Program-made: the position numbers and the translations under genes | NCBI RefSeq assembly: GCF_036321535.1 | Contig: NC_087472.1 | Span: forward strand, 99,140,001 to 99,204,000 | Origin: Camelus dromedarius | Taxonomy: Eukaryota | Reading direction: 5' to 3' | DNA: 64,000 nucleotides | Shown here: piece after piece, positions 62,851 through 64,000 of the stretch | How the letters are laid out: every line of letters begins with the position of its first letter | Numbering within the stretch: the first letter of the stretch is position 1 | Notes under the pieces: model-generated | Told to the model about the DNA's origin: nothing | Databases searched by the model: none | Seen by the model: the letters and a program-made list of their open reading frames with translations, nothing else

Positions 62851-63614
62851 GAGACCAGATTCACTGCAGGCATGGGAGGAATGAAAACATAGCTGGGGTC
62901 TTAGAACCAGTAATTTCCACCCCTGTAGTACATATGGTGATCTTGAAATGTTATACTAAAGGAGCATGTTTCATGTGTTTTATAGAGAATTTTAAAAAAT
63001 ATTTTAAGCAAAGCAGAAATATGTTAATACATGTCTAAAAATTTTCATTGAGGCAGCAATGAGAAAAGCTGTCTCACTGAACTAAAATGCAAATGTGCAC
63101 ATTTCTCATATTCTTGATACTTCTTGCGATGTATTTGGTAGAACCTGAAATGTCTAACATGTGCGGGACTTGTGATAATGGCTTCTTGGCTGTGCAATTT
63201 TATTTTTAATTGCAAACACCTGACAGTTCAGATGGTCCCTTTCCTCAGTCAACCTGATGCTATTTAAATCTACGGATATGATGCTTATGGTGAAGAGAGA
63301 GGCTTTCGTCTGGTCTCAAGCTGATTTTCATAAGGGACCTGCCCCTTCCTAGGGAGGAGAGCAGTCAGAAGGGCTCTGTTTCTCTTCTGCAGCTCTGGAA
63401 ACCTGAGAAACTGACTTTACCAAACAGTCAAGATGATGATGAGCCCTGGGGAAGCAAAACAGATTGGTACACCCAAGTGCTAGTTAATTGACTTGAAGCA
63501 TGAGGTTTAGATGGTCAGTTTTCTACAGAGAAAACTTACTCTTGACAATAACCACTTGAAAGGCTAAATTACAGATCATAAAAATCATATTAATAAAAGT
63601 TTGAATTTGTATAT

Positions 63615-64000
63615 TTCTTCATGCCAGGCAGTGTTCCAAGCACACTTCTATTCATTTACTCAACAAATAATTATTCAGCAGGTACTTGATGCCAGATATC
63701 ATCTTAGGCACTTGGAAAACATCAAGTTTTTTTTTTTTCAAGAAAGTTTCATGCTTTATATATTTTGAAAGCAAAGCCAACAGGATTTCCTGTTGGACTG
63801 GATATGAAAAGTGGTATAAAGAGAAGTCAAGGATGAAGCCAAGTTCTAGGGAGGGAAAGATGGTCAGTGAGGAATTCTTCATGAAGAGGGTGCTCCTGTT
63901 CTGGGCAATACCCTGGGCTTTCTTGGTTTTCTCCAAATCTCCAATCACAGTCTACTGCACCCAGCAGCCTTGTGTTAGTGATCTGTGGAGAAAATGAAGG
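63615..64000. mobile_element. L2 fragments, mixed orientation, running off the window end
   Basis: ttcatttactcaacaaataattattcagcaggtacttgatgccag; ggactggatatg...agaagtcaaggatgaagcc; tctactgcacccagcagcc. Confidence 0.6.

Overview
AT-rich mammalian (eutherian) genomic DNA, intergenic or deep-intronic. I find no host protein-coding exon, RNA gene, CpG-island promoter or CRISPR-like array that I can support. The window is dominated by interspersed repeats: old L2, MIR and HAL1 copies; L1 of several ages; MaLR/ERVL solo LTRs; and DNA-transposon fossils, including a ~2.3 kb Charlie5-like hAT whose transposase motifs are still readable. Every ORF with a recognisable product is a fragment of L1 ORF2 or of that transposase. 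Young L1 3' UTRs of two types, and the absence of lineage SINEs (Alu, B1/B2, BovA, PRE-1, CHR-2, Can-SINE), point to a cetartiodactyl, probably a camelid (inference). I do not see a new gene system. Best leads: (1) two same-strand young L1 pieces about 10 kb apart whose breakpoints are complementary in L1 coordinates; (2) a 116-bp inverted-repeat unit with kappaB-like sites next to a perfect RFX X-box; (3) several repeat-free, motif-dense blocks that look like conserved enhancers. Repeat family names come from recalled consensus sequences and boundaries are approximate; confirm with RepeatMasker/Dfam.
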